Positions 1 to 10,925 of a DNA stretch of 64,000 nt are shown one piece after another. Position 1 is the stretch's first letter. Each line of letters starts with the position of its first letter. Position numbers and translations under genes: made by a program. Source of the stretch: Candidatus Velthaea sp. GTDB lineage: Bacteria > Vulcanimicrobiota > Vulcanimicrobiia > Vulcanimicrobiales > Vulcanimicrobiaceae. Location of the stretch: NCBI GenBank assembly GCA_965214935.1, contig CBDCCS010000021.1:32001-96000 (forward strand). Direction: 5' to 3'. The notes below the pieces were generated by a model that saw nothing but the letters and a program-made list of their open reading frames with translations, did no database searches and had not been told where the DNA came from.

Positions 1-145
1 CCCGTTCATCCGGCGGTGCAAATTCGAGCGACCATAACGCGCATCGGTCGTCGTTCTGAACGCGTTATTTGGGCACAAGGCAACGCATAGTAAGGTTGCT
101 TAACTAAGTAGAGGAAGAAGAACTCGCAGCGCTACCGTTTACAGC

Positions 146-178
146 AAATAGCCGAACCGCGTTACGCGGCTCGGCTAT
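146..178 (-). terminator. probable intrinsic terminator hairpin
   Basis: Inverted repeat atagccga-a-ccgcg/tta/cgcgg-c-tcggctat 30 nt downstream of the 208..741 stop; short U-tract on the minus strand. Confidence 0.5.
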
Positions 179-207
179 GGTGCGGTCGAACGACGCTACT
201 GCGTTAA

Positions 208-741
208 TTACGTTTGCGTGATAGCGATATCGTACGTGACCGGTTCAACCGTGAGCGCCTGCGGCAACGTGAAGCTGAAGGTCAGCGAGTTGCCTGAGAT
301 CGTTCCGGCCGTCGGGTCGAGGACCCAACCGGATCCAGGCACATACAGAGCAAGTTGGTAATTGGCGCCCGCCGTTAACGGGGTCGCCGAGGTGAACGTT
401 CCACTGACAACTCCGCCGGCGGCAAACGTCGTTGGTGCCGTGGGCGTGATCGTCGCGTAGATAAGCGGCGTTCCGCCGATTGCAGTCGTTCCGGTCGGCA
501 CGATCGTACCCGATGCTATTGTTGCAGTAACGGCAGCAGACGATCCCGGTATGGTGATCGTTGCGGAATTTCCGCCGCTTAACGTCGGCGCGACGGTACC
601 GCCGGTTGCCGGTGCGGTCACCGTGCCGCTCGGTGCGGGAGTTAACGGCACCGGTGCCGGCGAGTTCGAACTAGTGCAAGCATGTAATGCCATCGCTGCT
701 GCGAACAGCGGTGCGGCAAACAGCCGTCGGCTAATCTTCAT
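208..741 (-). CDS. Pro/Thr/Ala-rich lipoprotein, hypothetical
   Basis: Signal peptide with lipobox LHA-C, low-complexity linker, beta-rich C-terminus. Confidence 0.75.
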   Translation of the reverse strand: MKISRRLFAAPLFAAAMALHACTSSNSPAPVPLTPAPSGTVTAPATGGTVAPTLSGGNSATITIPGSSAAVTATIASGTIVPTGTTAIGGTPLIYATITPTAPTTFAAGGVVSGTFTSATPLTAGANYQLALYVPGSGWVLDPTAGTISGNSLTFSFTLPQALTVEPVTYDIAITQT

Positions 742-860
742 TTACACCCCGATTCAAATGAGAGGAGATAGTCCGGTTCATGGCAACCGAACGTAATCCT
801 CGGTTTGTTTTAATTTCAAGTCTTTGCATGACGGCATGCGCTTCATCTGGAGAATAGGCA

Positions 861-1562
861 ATGGTGCCGAAACGTATTCGCACGGCAAGCGCGCTTATTA
901 GCGCCGTTGTTGCTGTTCTCATCCCGCTTGCAGCGACTGCGCACGGAACGGCGGTTGATTTGGGTGCCGGAACGCTAGGCGCCTCGTTGAGCGTCAGTCA
1001 AGCGATCGATCCGAACACGGCCTTGCGCGCGACGTTCGGCACGTTCGATATCTCCCGTAACGAACGCTTCAACAACGTGGTCATCGATGTTCTCACGAAC
1101 CTTCGGCTGACGGAACGTTTCCGCGTGCAGTCGGCCGGGTTGTATCTCGACCGCTCGCTTCGCTCGGGTCTGCATCTTTCGGCCGGCGCGGTTTTGAACG
1201 GCAATCACATTGCTGCCGTCAGCGTGCCTGCCGACTCATCGATCGTCATCAACAACTACGTGTATTCAGCGGCTGCGGCCGGCCAGATATTTACCGACGT
1301 CAGCTGGATGCCGGTTTCACCGTATGTCGGTTTCGGCTTCGCTCCGCGATCGACCGATCGCCGTCGAGTCGGGTTCGTCGGTCAGTTCGGCGTCTATTAT
1401 CAAGGTCGCGCGAACGTGCGGTTCGATTCGAATGGCATCATTAAAGCGAACGAATCGAATTTCATCCGCTATTACAACACGCTGCGCGATCAGCTGGCCC
1501 AGGAGCTTTCACCGGTGCAAATATTTCCGGTAATTCAACTCGGTATTCGGCTTCGGATTTGA
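861..1562 (+). CDS. putative outer-membrane beta-barrel protein
   Basis: Signal peptide ending ATA; GTLG, SPYVGFGF and alternating amphipathic strands ending GIRLRI. Confidence 0.65.
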   Translation: MVPKRIRTASALISAVVAVLIPLAATAHGTAVDLGAGTLGASLSVSQAIDPNTALRATFGTFDISRNERFNNVVIDVLTNLRLTERFRVQSAGLYLDRSLRSGLHLSAGAVLNGNHIAAVSVPADSSIVINNYVYSAAAAGQIFTDVSWMPVSPYVGFGFAPRSTDRRRVGFVGQFGVYYQGRANVRFDSNGIIKANESNFIRYYNTLRDQLAQELSPVQIFPVIQLGIRLRI

Positions 1563-1667
1563 TCGGCGCCCCAACAGCGCATCGTCATTGCGTGCCACGT
1601 TGCGTTGCTTAGGGGCCGAGTTCGCCGGGAAACGAAACCACGGCCGTTGCAACTTCGTCTTACGAGT

Positions 1668-2066
1668 GTGAACAACGTTAAGAAGACCGATAACGAATGG
1701 CGCGCCGAATTGCCCGCCGACAAGTTCGCCGTTCTGCGGGAAGCCGCCACCGAACGGCCGTTCAGTGGTGCGCTCTATACGAATAAAGCCACCGGCATGT
1801 ATCATTGCGGCGCCTGCAAAACGCCGCTGTTCGATTCAGCCGCTAAATTTGAGAGCGGCAGCGGATGGCCGAGCTTCTACGAACCGCAGAACGCCGCAAA
1901 TGTCGAACTCATCGTGGACCGGTCGCACGGCATGTCGCGAACCGAAGTCCGCTGCAAAGCTTGCGGATCGCACCTCGGTCATGTCTTTGACGACGGTCCG
2001 GCGCCGACCGGCCAGCGGTACTGCATCAATTCGTTAGCACTGGATTTCGCGCCGCACGCCGGTTAA
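1668..2066 (+). CDS. msrB: peptide-methionine (R)-S-oxide reductase
   Basis: TERPF, CGAC and CKAC Zn ligands, SGSGWPSF, HLGHVF, RYCINS; GTG start at 1668 chosen. Confidence 0.97.
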   Translation: MNNVKKTDNEWRAELPADKFAVLREAATERPFSGALYTNKATGMYHCGACKTPLFDSAAKFESGSGWPSFYEPQNAANVELIVDRSHGMSRTEVRCKACGSHLGHVFDDGPAPTGQRYCINSLALDFAPHAG

Positions 2067-2069
2067 GCG

Positions 2070-3851
2070 ATGACCGCACCGACGTCGCACCTGCGTAGCC
2101 GCAAGTGGTTTGCCAATCCGAATAATCCGAGCATGACGGCGCTCTATTTAGAACGCTTCCTCAACTATGGATTGACCCGCGAAGAGTTGCAATCGGGAAA
2201 GCCGATCGTCGGGATCGCACAAACGGGCAACGATCTTGTGCCGTGTAACCGGCATCATATCGAACTGGCGCAACGCCTGCGCGACGGAATTCGCGATGCG
2301 GGCGGTATCCCGATGGAATTTCCGGTTCATCCGCTACAAGAAACCGCGAAGCGGCCGACGGCGGCACTCGATCGCAATCTCGCTTATCTCGGCCTTGTCG
2401 AAGTGTTGTATGGGTATCCGCTCGACGGGGTCGTGCTTACGACCGGCTGCGATAAGACCACTCCGGCTTCGCTGATGGCGGCCGGAACGGTCGGCTTGCC
2501 CGCAATCGTACTGTCCGGCGGCCCGATGCTCGACGGCCATTATCAAAATCGGCTCGCCGGTTCGGGAACGATCGTATGGGAGGCGCGCGAACTGCTCGCA
2601 GCCGGGAAGATCGACAACGAAGGCTTCATCGATCTCGTCGCCTCCTCGACGCCGAGCGCCGGGCACTGCAACACGATGGGCACCGCAACGTCGATGAACT
2701 CTCTGGCTGAAGCGCTCGGCATGTCGCTGCCCGGTTGCGCGGCGATTCCCGCGCCGTATCGCGAACGCGGCCAGATTGCCTATGAAACGGGGCGCCGGAT
2801 CGTCGGCATGGTGCATGAGGATCTCACGCCCGCCAAAATCATGACGCGCGCTGCCTTCGAGAACGCGATTGTCGTAGCTGCGGCGATCGGCGGTTCGACG
2901 AACTGCGTGCCGCACCTCATTGCAATCGCCCGTCATGTCGGCGTGCCGCTCGACCTCGATGATTGGCAACGCATTGGCCATGCGATTCCGTTGCTGGTCA
3001 ATTGTCAGCCTGCCGGCGAGTATCTCGGCGAAGGTTACCACCGGGCGGGCGGCGTTCCGGCCGTCATGGGCGAGTTGCTGCTGGCCGGCAAAATCGCCCC
3101 CGAGCCGCTCACCGCGAATGGAAAAACGATCGGTGCGAATGTCGGTAGCATGCGGAGCAAAAACACCGCAGTCATTCGGTCGTATGCCGATCCGCTCAGT
3201 ATCGACGCCGGTTTTCTCGTCTTGCGCAGCAACTTCTTCGATTCTGCGATCATGAAGACGAGCGTCATCAGCCCCGACTTCCGGGCTCGCCATCTAAGCG
3301 ATCCGGCCGATCCCGATGCGTACGTCGCCCGGGCAGTGGTCTTTGAGGGACCCGAAGATTATCACGAACGCATCAACGATCCGGCGCTCGAAATCGACGA
3401 GCACACGATCCTCGTCATGCGCAATTGCGGCCCGGTCGGTTATCCCGGTTCGGCTGAGGTCGTTAACATGACGCCGCCCGATGCACTCGTGAAAGCTGGG
3501 ATCACCAATTTACCGACGATGGGCGACGGCCGGCAGAGCGGCACATCGGCGAGTCCGTCGATCCTCCATGTTTCACCTGAGGCCGTCGGCGGCGGCGGTC
3601 TTGCCTTGCTGCACACCGGGGACCGCTTGCGCATCGACCTGGCGAATCGTGAAGTAACGCTGCTTCTTCCGGCAGCTGAAATCGAACTTCGGCGTGGCGC
3701 TTGGACCGCAACGCCGCTGATCAATCAAACGCCCTGGCAAGAAATCTATCGCGCCGAGGTCGGTCAGCTCGAAACCGGAGGCTGCTTAGAGCCGGCGGTC
3801 GCCTATCGCGACGTCGTGCACACCATGGGGGTACCGCGCGACTCCCATTAG
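2070..3851 (+). CDS. IlvD/Edd-family sugar-acid dehydratase (xylonate/arabonate type)
   Basis: PCNRH, GCDKT, GHCNTMGTA, GGSTN, DGRQSGT motifs. Confidence 0.9.
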   Translation: MTAPTSHLRSRKWFANPNNPSMTALYLERFLNYGLTREELQSGKPIVGIAQTGNDLVPCNRHHIELAQRLRDGIRDAGGIPMEFPVHPLQETAKRPTAALDRNLAYLGLVEVLYGYPLDGVVLTTGCDKTTPASLMAAGTVGLPAIVLSGGPMLDGHYQNRLAGSGTIVWEARELLAAGKIDNEGFIDLVASSTPSAGHCNTMGTATSMNSLAEALGMSLPGCAAIPAPYRERGQIAYETGRRIVGMVHEDLTPAKIMTRAAFENAIVVAAAIGGSTNCVPHLIAIARHVGVPLDLDDWQRIGHAIPLLVNCQPAGEYLGEGYHRAGGVPAVMGELLLAGKIAPEPLTANGKTIGANVGSMRSKNTAVIRSYADPLSIDAGFLVLRSNFFDSAIMKTSVISPDFRARHLSDPADPDAYVARAVVFEGPEDYHERINDPALEIDEHTILVMRNCGPVGYPGSAEVVNMTPPDALVKAGITNLPTMGDGRQSGTSASPSILHVSPEAVGGGGLALLHTGDRLRIDLANREVTLLLPAAEIELRRGAWTATPLINQTPWQEIYRAEVGQLETGGCLEPAVAYRDVVHTMGVPRDSH

Positions 3852-4834
3852 TGAACCGCCGAACCGCGCATTGCGGGGAGATCGTCGGTAACGAAGCGAT
3901 CGACGATCGCGTCGATACCGGTATCGGGCCGGAGGCCGAGAGCGAGCGCGCGACGCGCGTCGACCGCGGCCGGCCAGCCGTCGACGATGCTTTGGGTCCG
4001 GGCATCGGGTCGCAGTACGATTCGCTCCGCAGCCGCATCTCCGCCGGCTTGGCGCACCGCCGCGATCATCGACCCGACCGACGCAGAAATAGCCGGTAAT
4101 AACAGCGTCCGCTCGACACCGAGCGCCACCGAGGGCAAGTCATCCGCAGCTTCGATGCACTCGATGAGCCGCGCGACCGACATGACCGCCATAACGGAAT
4201 CAAGGCTGACGGGACAGGCTGTCGGGCGGCCGGCCAGCGGTTCGCGAACGATCGTCGAGGCAAACGTTGATGCCGCTAAATTGGGCTCGGGGCGGACCAT
4301 GATGGTCGGAAAGCGCAACGAGCGGCCGTCGATGTACCCCTTGCGATGATAGTCGGCGACCAGCAACTCGCCGCACGCTTTTTGAATACCGTAGGATGTT
4401 TGCGGGTTGAGCGGGGTCGCATCGTCGATGGACGCCGGAAGGCGGCCGCCGTAAACGGCAAGGCTACTGGCGAAAAGCACGCGTGGCGGTTTCGGCAACC
4501 GCCGGCACGCTTCGAGCACGTGGCGCGTTCCGTCGAGGTTCACTCGCATGCCGAGATCGAAATCCGCTTCCGCGCCGGCGCTAACGACGGCGCCAAGGTG
4601 AAAGACGGCTGCGATGTCGGCGCCGATTGCCTCGCCGACGACGCGCGGATCGGCAAGATCGCCGATTCGCTGCTCGACGCGCGGATCGCCGGCCAGCGCA
4701 TCATCGCGCCGCACGGAATCGAATAAGACGATCCCCTCGATGGGCTCGCCGTCACCGGGCCGGGCACGGGAAAGAAGCCGTTGGGCGAAGCGACGGCCGA
4801 TGAATCCGTTGCCGCCGGTGATCAGAACCTTCAC
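3848..4834 (-). CDS. NAD-dependent epimerase/dehydrogenase, D-erythronate dehydrogenase (DenD)-like
   Basis: ITGGNGFIG, VSAGAEADFDLG, YGIQK, PNLAAS. Confidence 0.8.
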   Translation of the reverse strand: MKVLITGGNGFIGRRFAQRLLSRARPGDGEPIEGIVLFDSVRRDDALAGDPRVEQRIGDLADPRVVGEAIGADIAAVFHLGAVVSAGAEADFDLGMRVNLDGTRHVLEACRRLPKPPRVLFASSLAVYGGRLPASIDDATPLNPQTSYGIQKACGELLVADYHRKGYIDGRSLRFPTIMVRPEPNLAASTFASTIVREPLAGRPTACPVSLDSVMAVMSVARLIECIEAADDLPSVALGVERTLLLPAISASVGSMIAAVRQAGGDAAAERIVLRPDARTQSIVDGWPAAVDARRALALGLRPDTGIDAIVDRFVTDDLPAMRGSAVH

Positions 4835-5144
4835 GTCACTGCCTCATCTCACTGCCTCGTCCGTGCCGAACTGCCGGCGTTGCTTCGGCGGTCCTCTTGC
4901 TTTCGTCACGCCGCAACGCTGAACTTGCGTTAAGGCAAAGCGGTAGTGTTCGCGTCCCGGCCGTCCGACAATCTTGACAAATCGGACGGCTTTGGCTTAG
5001 CTCTGGGGAACAAGTCGGCCTAATCGACCGTCAACGGCTAAAAAGCAGGGCAGCACGGGCCGAGTGAACGGGCGTCGCGGACAAGCTTATTGCGCGTTGG
5101 CCGTCGTTCGTACAACTCGGGTGCATGGTGCTCCGGGGAGCGGT

Positions 5145-7970
5145 ATGTTTTCCAACCACCCTATCGTCCGGGCTTCCGTAGCGGCGTTGACCGTTGCTAG
5201 CCTCGGACTTTCAATCTTGCAACCGAGCATGGCGCAGGGCGTTTCGCCGGCTGCGGCGGACGCGCCGGTACGCACGGCGTCCGTGAGCGGTACGATCGTC
5301 GACGAACGCCAACATCCGATCGGCGGCGCCGACGTCAGTGTTTCGGGCGCTTCACGTGCGCGGATCGTCAGCGATGCGGCCGGCAAGTTCACATTTACTG
5401 CGCTACGCCCCGGATTGTATTCGGTCTCCGTGACGAAATCCGGTTTCACTTCGGTGACGCGCGAAGACGTTACGCTCATCGACGGCCAGCCGACGACGGC
5501 GACCATCGCGCTGCGCGCAGCATCGTTTTCGTCACTGCGCGAGATCGGCCGCGTGACCGTCTCACGCAGCGGAACGAGCACGATCAACACCTCGACGGCT
5601 GCCATCAACACCGTCGCGGCGCAAACGTTCTTCGATCAGGGTCAAGTGCAACTGCCCGCGGTGTTAAATGAAATCCCGGGCGTAACGACGACCTACACAA
5701 ATGCGAACTCGATCGTCGCGGTTGCGAACCCCGGCAATGCATTCGGCGTTCCGTCGATTCGCGGCTCGCTGCCGTATGAAACGTCCGTCCTCATCGACGG
5801 CCATCCGATCGTCGTCGGCAGTTCGGGCACGTATAATTTAGCGTATTTGAGCCCGTACGTGTTGCAAAGTGTCGAAGTGGTAAAAGGCCCGGGCGCTAAC
5901 GTTCCGGTGATCAGTAACGCCATCGGCGGCACGTTGAATTTACGGACGCTCGAGCCCGGCGGCCGACCGCAGCGTTCGGTCGACTATGGCGCCGACAACG
6001 AAGTCGGCAGTTTAATCAACGTGCAGGCCACCGGTTCGTCCGGTAAATTCGGCTATGCATTTAATTATAATTCAGCCGGCTCACCGGGCGCGTATCGCAA
6101 TCACCCGGAATACGTTGCGCCGATCTACGGGTCGACGATCAACGGCTTGCCCATCGTGCCGACCGCGAATACGCCGTTCACCCAGATTGCCGGCAACCCG
6201 GCGGTCTTTCAATCGAACGCGAACGTCGCGTCGCTCGCCGGCTGTTGTCTATCGGTAAATAGCGATTATCAATTGCGTTCGCAATTAGCAAAGATTCGCT
6301 ATAACTTTTCGCAGCAAACATCGATGACCGTGTCGTATCTCGGCAGTCAGACTCGCACGGATCTCAACGGCTTAGAGAACTACGCGTATCCGACGACGTT
6401 TGCGCCGCCGGCAGGATACGCCGGTGCATTAGCGGCCGGCACCAATGTATCGTGCTGTCAAAACGACCAGTTTCCGCAATTTCTCGACCTGAACTCGAAT
6501 AACTTATGGCAGGCGGAGATACGGACGGCGCTCGGGACGAATACCGCGCTGTTCCAGGCGTATACGGGCTCCGTCCACGACCTGTACTATTCGGGTGATG
6601 CGAACGGCAGCGACACGTATTCCGTGCCGTTGTATGGTTCGGTCAATCTCGGCACGGGCGCCGGCACACCGACGCTGTTCAGCGGCCAAACGGCGACCAT
6701 CTCAGCGCCGAACTCCGAATACACGTACGATCGGGCCGATAAGGTGGGCGGATATTCATTCGAGTTCGATCATCCCGTACGCGACAATCTCTATAGCGTT
6801 TCGTTCGATTCATCCAAAACGAGTTCGCGATTCGGAGGTTTCGCCGGCCTCGGAAACGCGCTATATGTGCCGCCCGGCTCATTCCAAAACGAAGCAACTT
6901 TGCAGGCGCGAGCGCAACTCGAATTAACTCCGCGGCTCAATGCAACGCTGAGCGATTACTACTTTCTTTATACCAACCACAGCACGCAAGACTCCGGCGT
7001 GACGTTCCAAGACCACACGCATGGGTTCGAAGGCGCGCGGTTGGGTCTGTCGTGGCGACCCAGCCGCGACGTCGCCGTTCGGTTCGGCACCGGCTCGTCG
7101 ATCGCACCGCCGTATCTATCGCTGGTGTCGACCGCTCAAGCTCCGCCCGTACCGAACAACAACGGCTTGCCGACGTACTGGACGGTCACCCAAAATAGCC
7201 CTGACATCAAACCCGAAGTCGGCTTCGGTTACGATCTCGGCGCCGACAAGCGGTTCAACAATTTTGTTACCGCATCGGCCGATCTGTACCTTACGAATTT
7301 GCACGACCAGTTCTTGCAAACGCAAACCCGAACCGGCTCGTACACCGGTATCTGCTGCGGCTTACCCGCTGCCGTCACATTGCCGCTGTACGGAGTCTCA
7401 TCGACGAACGTCGGCAGTTCGCGCTATGAAGGCGTCGAGTTTTCCGTCAAACGCGAGCCGCCCCGCGGCCTTGGTTTCTCCGTTGACGGCGCCTTGCTGC
7501 GCGCGTACGTCTACAATCTGCCCGGCGACTTCTACACGAGCGCGGCCGGCCCGTTTACGCAGAATCTGGGCGTTATTCCCAATGTGAACTTCCAACCGTC
7601 CGGCGCCGGTTATAACGGCGTGTTATTCGGCCGCGTGCCGTACGCACAGGGTTACGGCGAACTTAACTACCGCACCGGTGCGATGTATTATCGGGCCGGA
7701 CTCACCTATTACGGTAACAACAACACCTATGGCGTTCCGGCGTTCGTCGTGCTCGGCGCGACCGTTCGCGCGCGTCTTTCTCCCCGAACGTCGCTGCAGT
7801 TGTCGGGTGACAACCTCAACGCCGCTCATGCCAACGGATACCTTGCGAATTGCGTCGGCGGCGTGCCCGTTCCGCTCGCCAACGGACTTACCGGCGCCAA
7901 CGAGTCGTACTCATGGGGTCCGACGACGATACGTTTAAAGTTCGCGTATACGACAGGCGGTACGCACTGA
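5145..7970 (+). CDS. TonB-dependent receptor with N-terminal carboxypeptidase-regulatory-like domain
   Basis: Signal peptide, SGTIVD...GKFTF..LRPGLY domain, plug motifs (LIDGHP, VEVVKGPG, AIGGTLN), barrel (IKPE, DNL); GGGGAG RBS before ATG 5145. Confidence 0.9.
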   Translation: MFSNHPIVRASVAALTVASLGLSILQPSMAQGVSPAAADAPVRTASVSGTIVDERQHPIGGADVSVSGASRARIVSDAAGKFTFTALRPGLYSVSVTKSGFTSVTREDVTLIDGQPTTATIALRAASFSSLREIGRVTVSRSGTSTINTSTAAINTVAAQTFFDQGQVQLPAVLNEIPGVTTTYTNANSIVAVANPGNAFGVPSIRGSLPYETSVLIDGHPIVVGSSGTYNLAYLSPYVLQSVEVVKGPGANVPVISNAIGGTLNLRTLEPGGRPQRSVDYGADNEVGSLINVQATGSSGKFGYAFNYNSAGSPGAYRNHPEYVAPIYGSTINGLPIVPTANTPFTQIAGNPAVFQSNANVASLAGCCLSVNSDYQLRSQLAKIRYNFSQQTSMTVSYLGSQTRTDLNGLENYAYPTTFAPPAGYAGALAAGTNVSCCQNDQFPQFLDLNSNNLWQAEIRTALGTNTALFQAYTGSVHDLYYSGDANGSDTYSVPLYGSVNLGTGAGTPTLFSGQTATISAPNSEYTYDRADKVGGYSFEFDHPVRDNLYSVSFDSSKTSSRFGGFAGLGNALYVPPGSFQNEATLQARAQLELTPRLNATLSDYYFLYTNHSTQDSGVTFQDHTHGFEGARLGLSWRPSRDVAVRFGTGSSIAPPYLSLVSTAQAPPVPNNNGLPTYWTVTQNSPDIKPEVGFGYDLGADKRFNNFVTASADLYLTNLHDQFLQTQTRTGSYTGICCGLPAAVTLPLYGVSSTNVGSSRYEGVEFSVKREPPRGLGFSVDGALLRAYVYNLPGDFYTSAAGPFTQNLGVIPNVNFQPSGAGYNGVLFGRVPYAQGYGELNYRTGAMYYRAGLTYYGNNNTYGVPAFVVLGATVRARLSPRTSLQLSGDNLNAAHANGYLANCVGGVPVPLANGLTGANESYSWGPTTIRLKFAYTTGGTH

Positions 7971-8596
7971 AGCGCGCCGAGTTCGCCGTATTGCCGGCCG
8001 TCGCCGGCGCGTTCGGCATGAACGGCAGCGCGGCTGCGGCAGCGCCCGGCGATGCGTTCGTCTTTGCCCGGCAGCGCTTCATCGCGCGGGCGACGTTGCC
8101 GTTCCGGCACCGTCAAGTGTTTGGTTCGCGCTCGCTCGCGAGCGGCGTCGTGCTGCACCTTATGACAAACTCGCTCAAAGCGTATCATTCGCCGAACGGA
8201 TTCGATAACGGCCCGCACTCCTTACATGCCGCAGCCGTGCTCTACGGCACGTCGATTACCGCGGTTTTGACGGACGCGGCATGGGTCGATTTGCGCTTGC
8301 CCGAGTTTCTTGAGCGACTTGGGGATCTCGCACCCGGCAACCCGGCGGCGAACCCGTTTAGCGGGGTCGTTGCCGATCTCACGCAAGCGAGTGCATCGTT
8401 CTTCGTCTGCAATAACGCATTGCACGATGTCGCACAAGCGCTGGCCGCCGCAACGCCCGGGGGACGCAGCCCGAACGAGACCTACACCGCGCTCTTTGGC
8501 GCCGTGAAGCCGAACGCCATCGTCGTCCCGGCCGGCGTCGCGGCTCTCAACGCCCTGCAAGAGTATCATTTCACGCTCGTTCAAGCGACTATGTAG
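7967..8596 (+). CDS. exported DsrE-like protein
   Basis: KRAEF Tat-like N-terminus, FFVCNNAL and VVPAGVAALNALQE motifs; start uncertain (CTG 7967 overlapping the TBDR stop, or ATG 8018). Confidence 0.6.
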   Translation: MKRAEFAVLPAVAGAFGMNGSAAAAAPGDAFVFARQRFIARATLPFRHRQVFGSRSLASGVVLHLMTNSLKAYHSPNGFDNGPHSLHAAAVLYGTSITAVLTDAAWVDLRLPEFLERLGDLAPGNPAANPFSGVVADLTQASASFFVCNNALHDVAQALAAATPGGRSPNETYTALFGAVKPNAIVVPAGVAALNALQEYHFTLVQATM

Positions 8597-8634
8597 CCGT
8601 CGCACTACGCTCGCCGCGGCGCCGATATCCGGCA

Positions 8635-10807
8635 CTAGATGGTTGCCGACGAGCGCAGGCCGCGGCCGGTTTTGGAGCCGCTCGGCGCAAACCCTGGTTC
8701 ACCCGTCTGCCACAGAATGAACGTGTCCAGGGTCGGCAGATTCCTCGTCTTGCGCCGACACGTCGCGGATCAAGCCGTGTCCCTGCAAATCGGTACGCAA
8801 CAAAATAGGCTTGCCGCTCGTGGTTGACGCCGCAAGCCGTGCCGCCATCTTCGCGACTTGCCATGGGGCGGTTCGCCGGTCCGCTAATCCGGTGGTAAGG
8901 ATCGTCGCCGGATACCGGGCGGGCGCGATATGGTCGTACGCACTCATCGCAAGCAAATCGCGAAAACCGTCGCGCGTCTTCACGCTTCCAAACTCCGGTA
9001 CGTTTCCCGGACCGTTCGGCATGTTTTCCAGATCGACCATGTCGTTGAAGCCGACTTCCGAGATTGCGGCAGCGAACAGTTCGGGATGTTGCGTGATTGC
9101 ACCGCCGATCGCGATGCCGCCCGCACTTCCGCCGTTGCCTGCAAGTTTCGCATTTGAAGTCCAGCCGTCGTTTATCGCTGCCCGCGCGCCTGCGACGAAA
9201 TCGTCGATCGTGTGTTGTTTCGTGCGCCCTTTGCCGGCAAGGTGCCACGGCTCGCCGAACTCGCCGCCGCCGCGCGCGTGCACGAGCACGATCACAATGC
9301 CGAGTTCGAGCGTTACAGCGACGAACGGCGGCACCGGCGGTTCAATATCGTAGCCGTACGCTCCATAAGCGACCACGAGCGTCGGCCGTCGTCCGTCTTT
9401 GCGCGTGCCGGCTTTGTAGATGACCGTGTACGGTATCTTCGTTCCGTCAGCACTCGTCGCCAGCGAATCTTCATAACGGATATCTGCGTAAGGCGCCGGC
9501 ACCGGCGGGCTAATATGCGCATCCGCAACGATCGCACGCCGTCCGGCGATCTCGTACCAGCGTCCGGGATCGTTGAACGAAGCTGTTTCAATCTCCAATC
9601 GATCCGTCGTCGGCTCGCATTGCATCGGCAGGATCACGTTTGCATGCGGAAGCGCGACCGCGCCGAGCGGGCGCCCTTCAAGATCGAAGTGGTCGAGCCG
9701 CATATCGGCCCCAACGCGCTTCGCAACGTACAGGCCCGTTCGGTTCGCGACGATGTCGTTTCGAAAGCCGCTGCCTTCCGGCAGGATCGTTCGGACGCGC
9801 GCTCCGCTAAACCGGTCGCGTACGTCAATCGTCCGGCGCGCGTCGCCCTTGTCGCTCAGACCATACAAGTACCGCCCGCCGAGCGCGACCTTCACGACCT
9901 GATCCGCCTCGCTAAAAATGCGACGCCACGCACCGTTCGCATGCGTCGCCCGCCTGAACGGCGCCACGAATGCAGAGACGTGCGGAACGGGTTCACGCTG
10001 AGGTATCGCGAGAACGGCATCTCTGCCGAGCACCGAAAAGGTGACGAAGAGACTGCGAACGGTAGCGGAACCCATCGGTCCGTCCGCGCCAAAGCCGGCA
10101 ATCGGCGTATCGGTTCCGTGTTTCGAACCGACGACGTGAAGATAACTCGTTTCAGTTCGGTTCTTCGCGCCCTCACGGACGGTCGAGTAGTAGAAAGCGT
10201 GCTCGTCGCGCCACGTCACGTCCGATATGACGGCTGCATCGATCGCTTGAACGATGTCGTGCGCTCCGTCGGAATCGCACACGTGAATCACCACGGCCTC
10301 GCTTGAGGCGCTTAGGCCGTAAGCGATCCGGGCACCGCGCCGCGACGGTTCGAACCAGCCGATCACGCGCCCCTTAGGAAGCGATGCTGCGTTTATGATG
10401 ATGCTCGTTCGGGTCGTCCCGTCAGCACGGGCCAATAGCGAAGGATCGTTGCCACCCGGCAACGTCTGCAGGTAGAGGACGCGCGAACCAATCCGAACGA
10501 CGCCCGACGTCGTCGTCGCACTCGCCGCCATCGCGTCCACTTTTCGTATCGCTCGCAGTACGCGGGTCCGTCCGGGATTGGCCGCAAGCACCGACCGCGT
10601 GTAAAGACTCTGCCGGTCCAAATAGTCGGCGAGATCGGCGCCACCGCTCTCCATCCAATGATACGGATCGCTCCGAACGGTGCCAAAAAACGTCTGGCTG
10701 AACGGAACCACCTTGGCCGGCGGCGGCGGACTTGGGATGGATACGGCAATTGCAGCAAACGCCGAAATCGCCCGCATCCAGAAAGTGTTCGTCATCGGCG
10801 CTATCAT
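8635..10807 (-). CDS. prolyl oligopeptidase (S9A) with an apparent frameshift near the C-terminus
   Basis: DPYHWME, ARGGGEFG, catalytic GGSAGG, D in LADRR, H in QGHG. The ORF as read stops at 8699, but removing one base at 8730-8732 gives the family-like tail ADLDTFILWQTGEPGFAP ending at 8635. Confidence 0.85.
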
Positions 10808-10925
10808 AGATCGACCGTGCGAAGCCCGGCAATCATCACGTTTCACCGATCTTGCATCCAGGGCTGCGGATTCGGCCAAGTGTCGTGAGCGCCACAACGG
10901 ACCGTACGGGCGGTAGAGGACGGGT

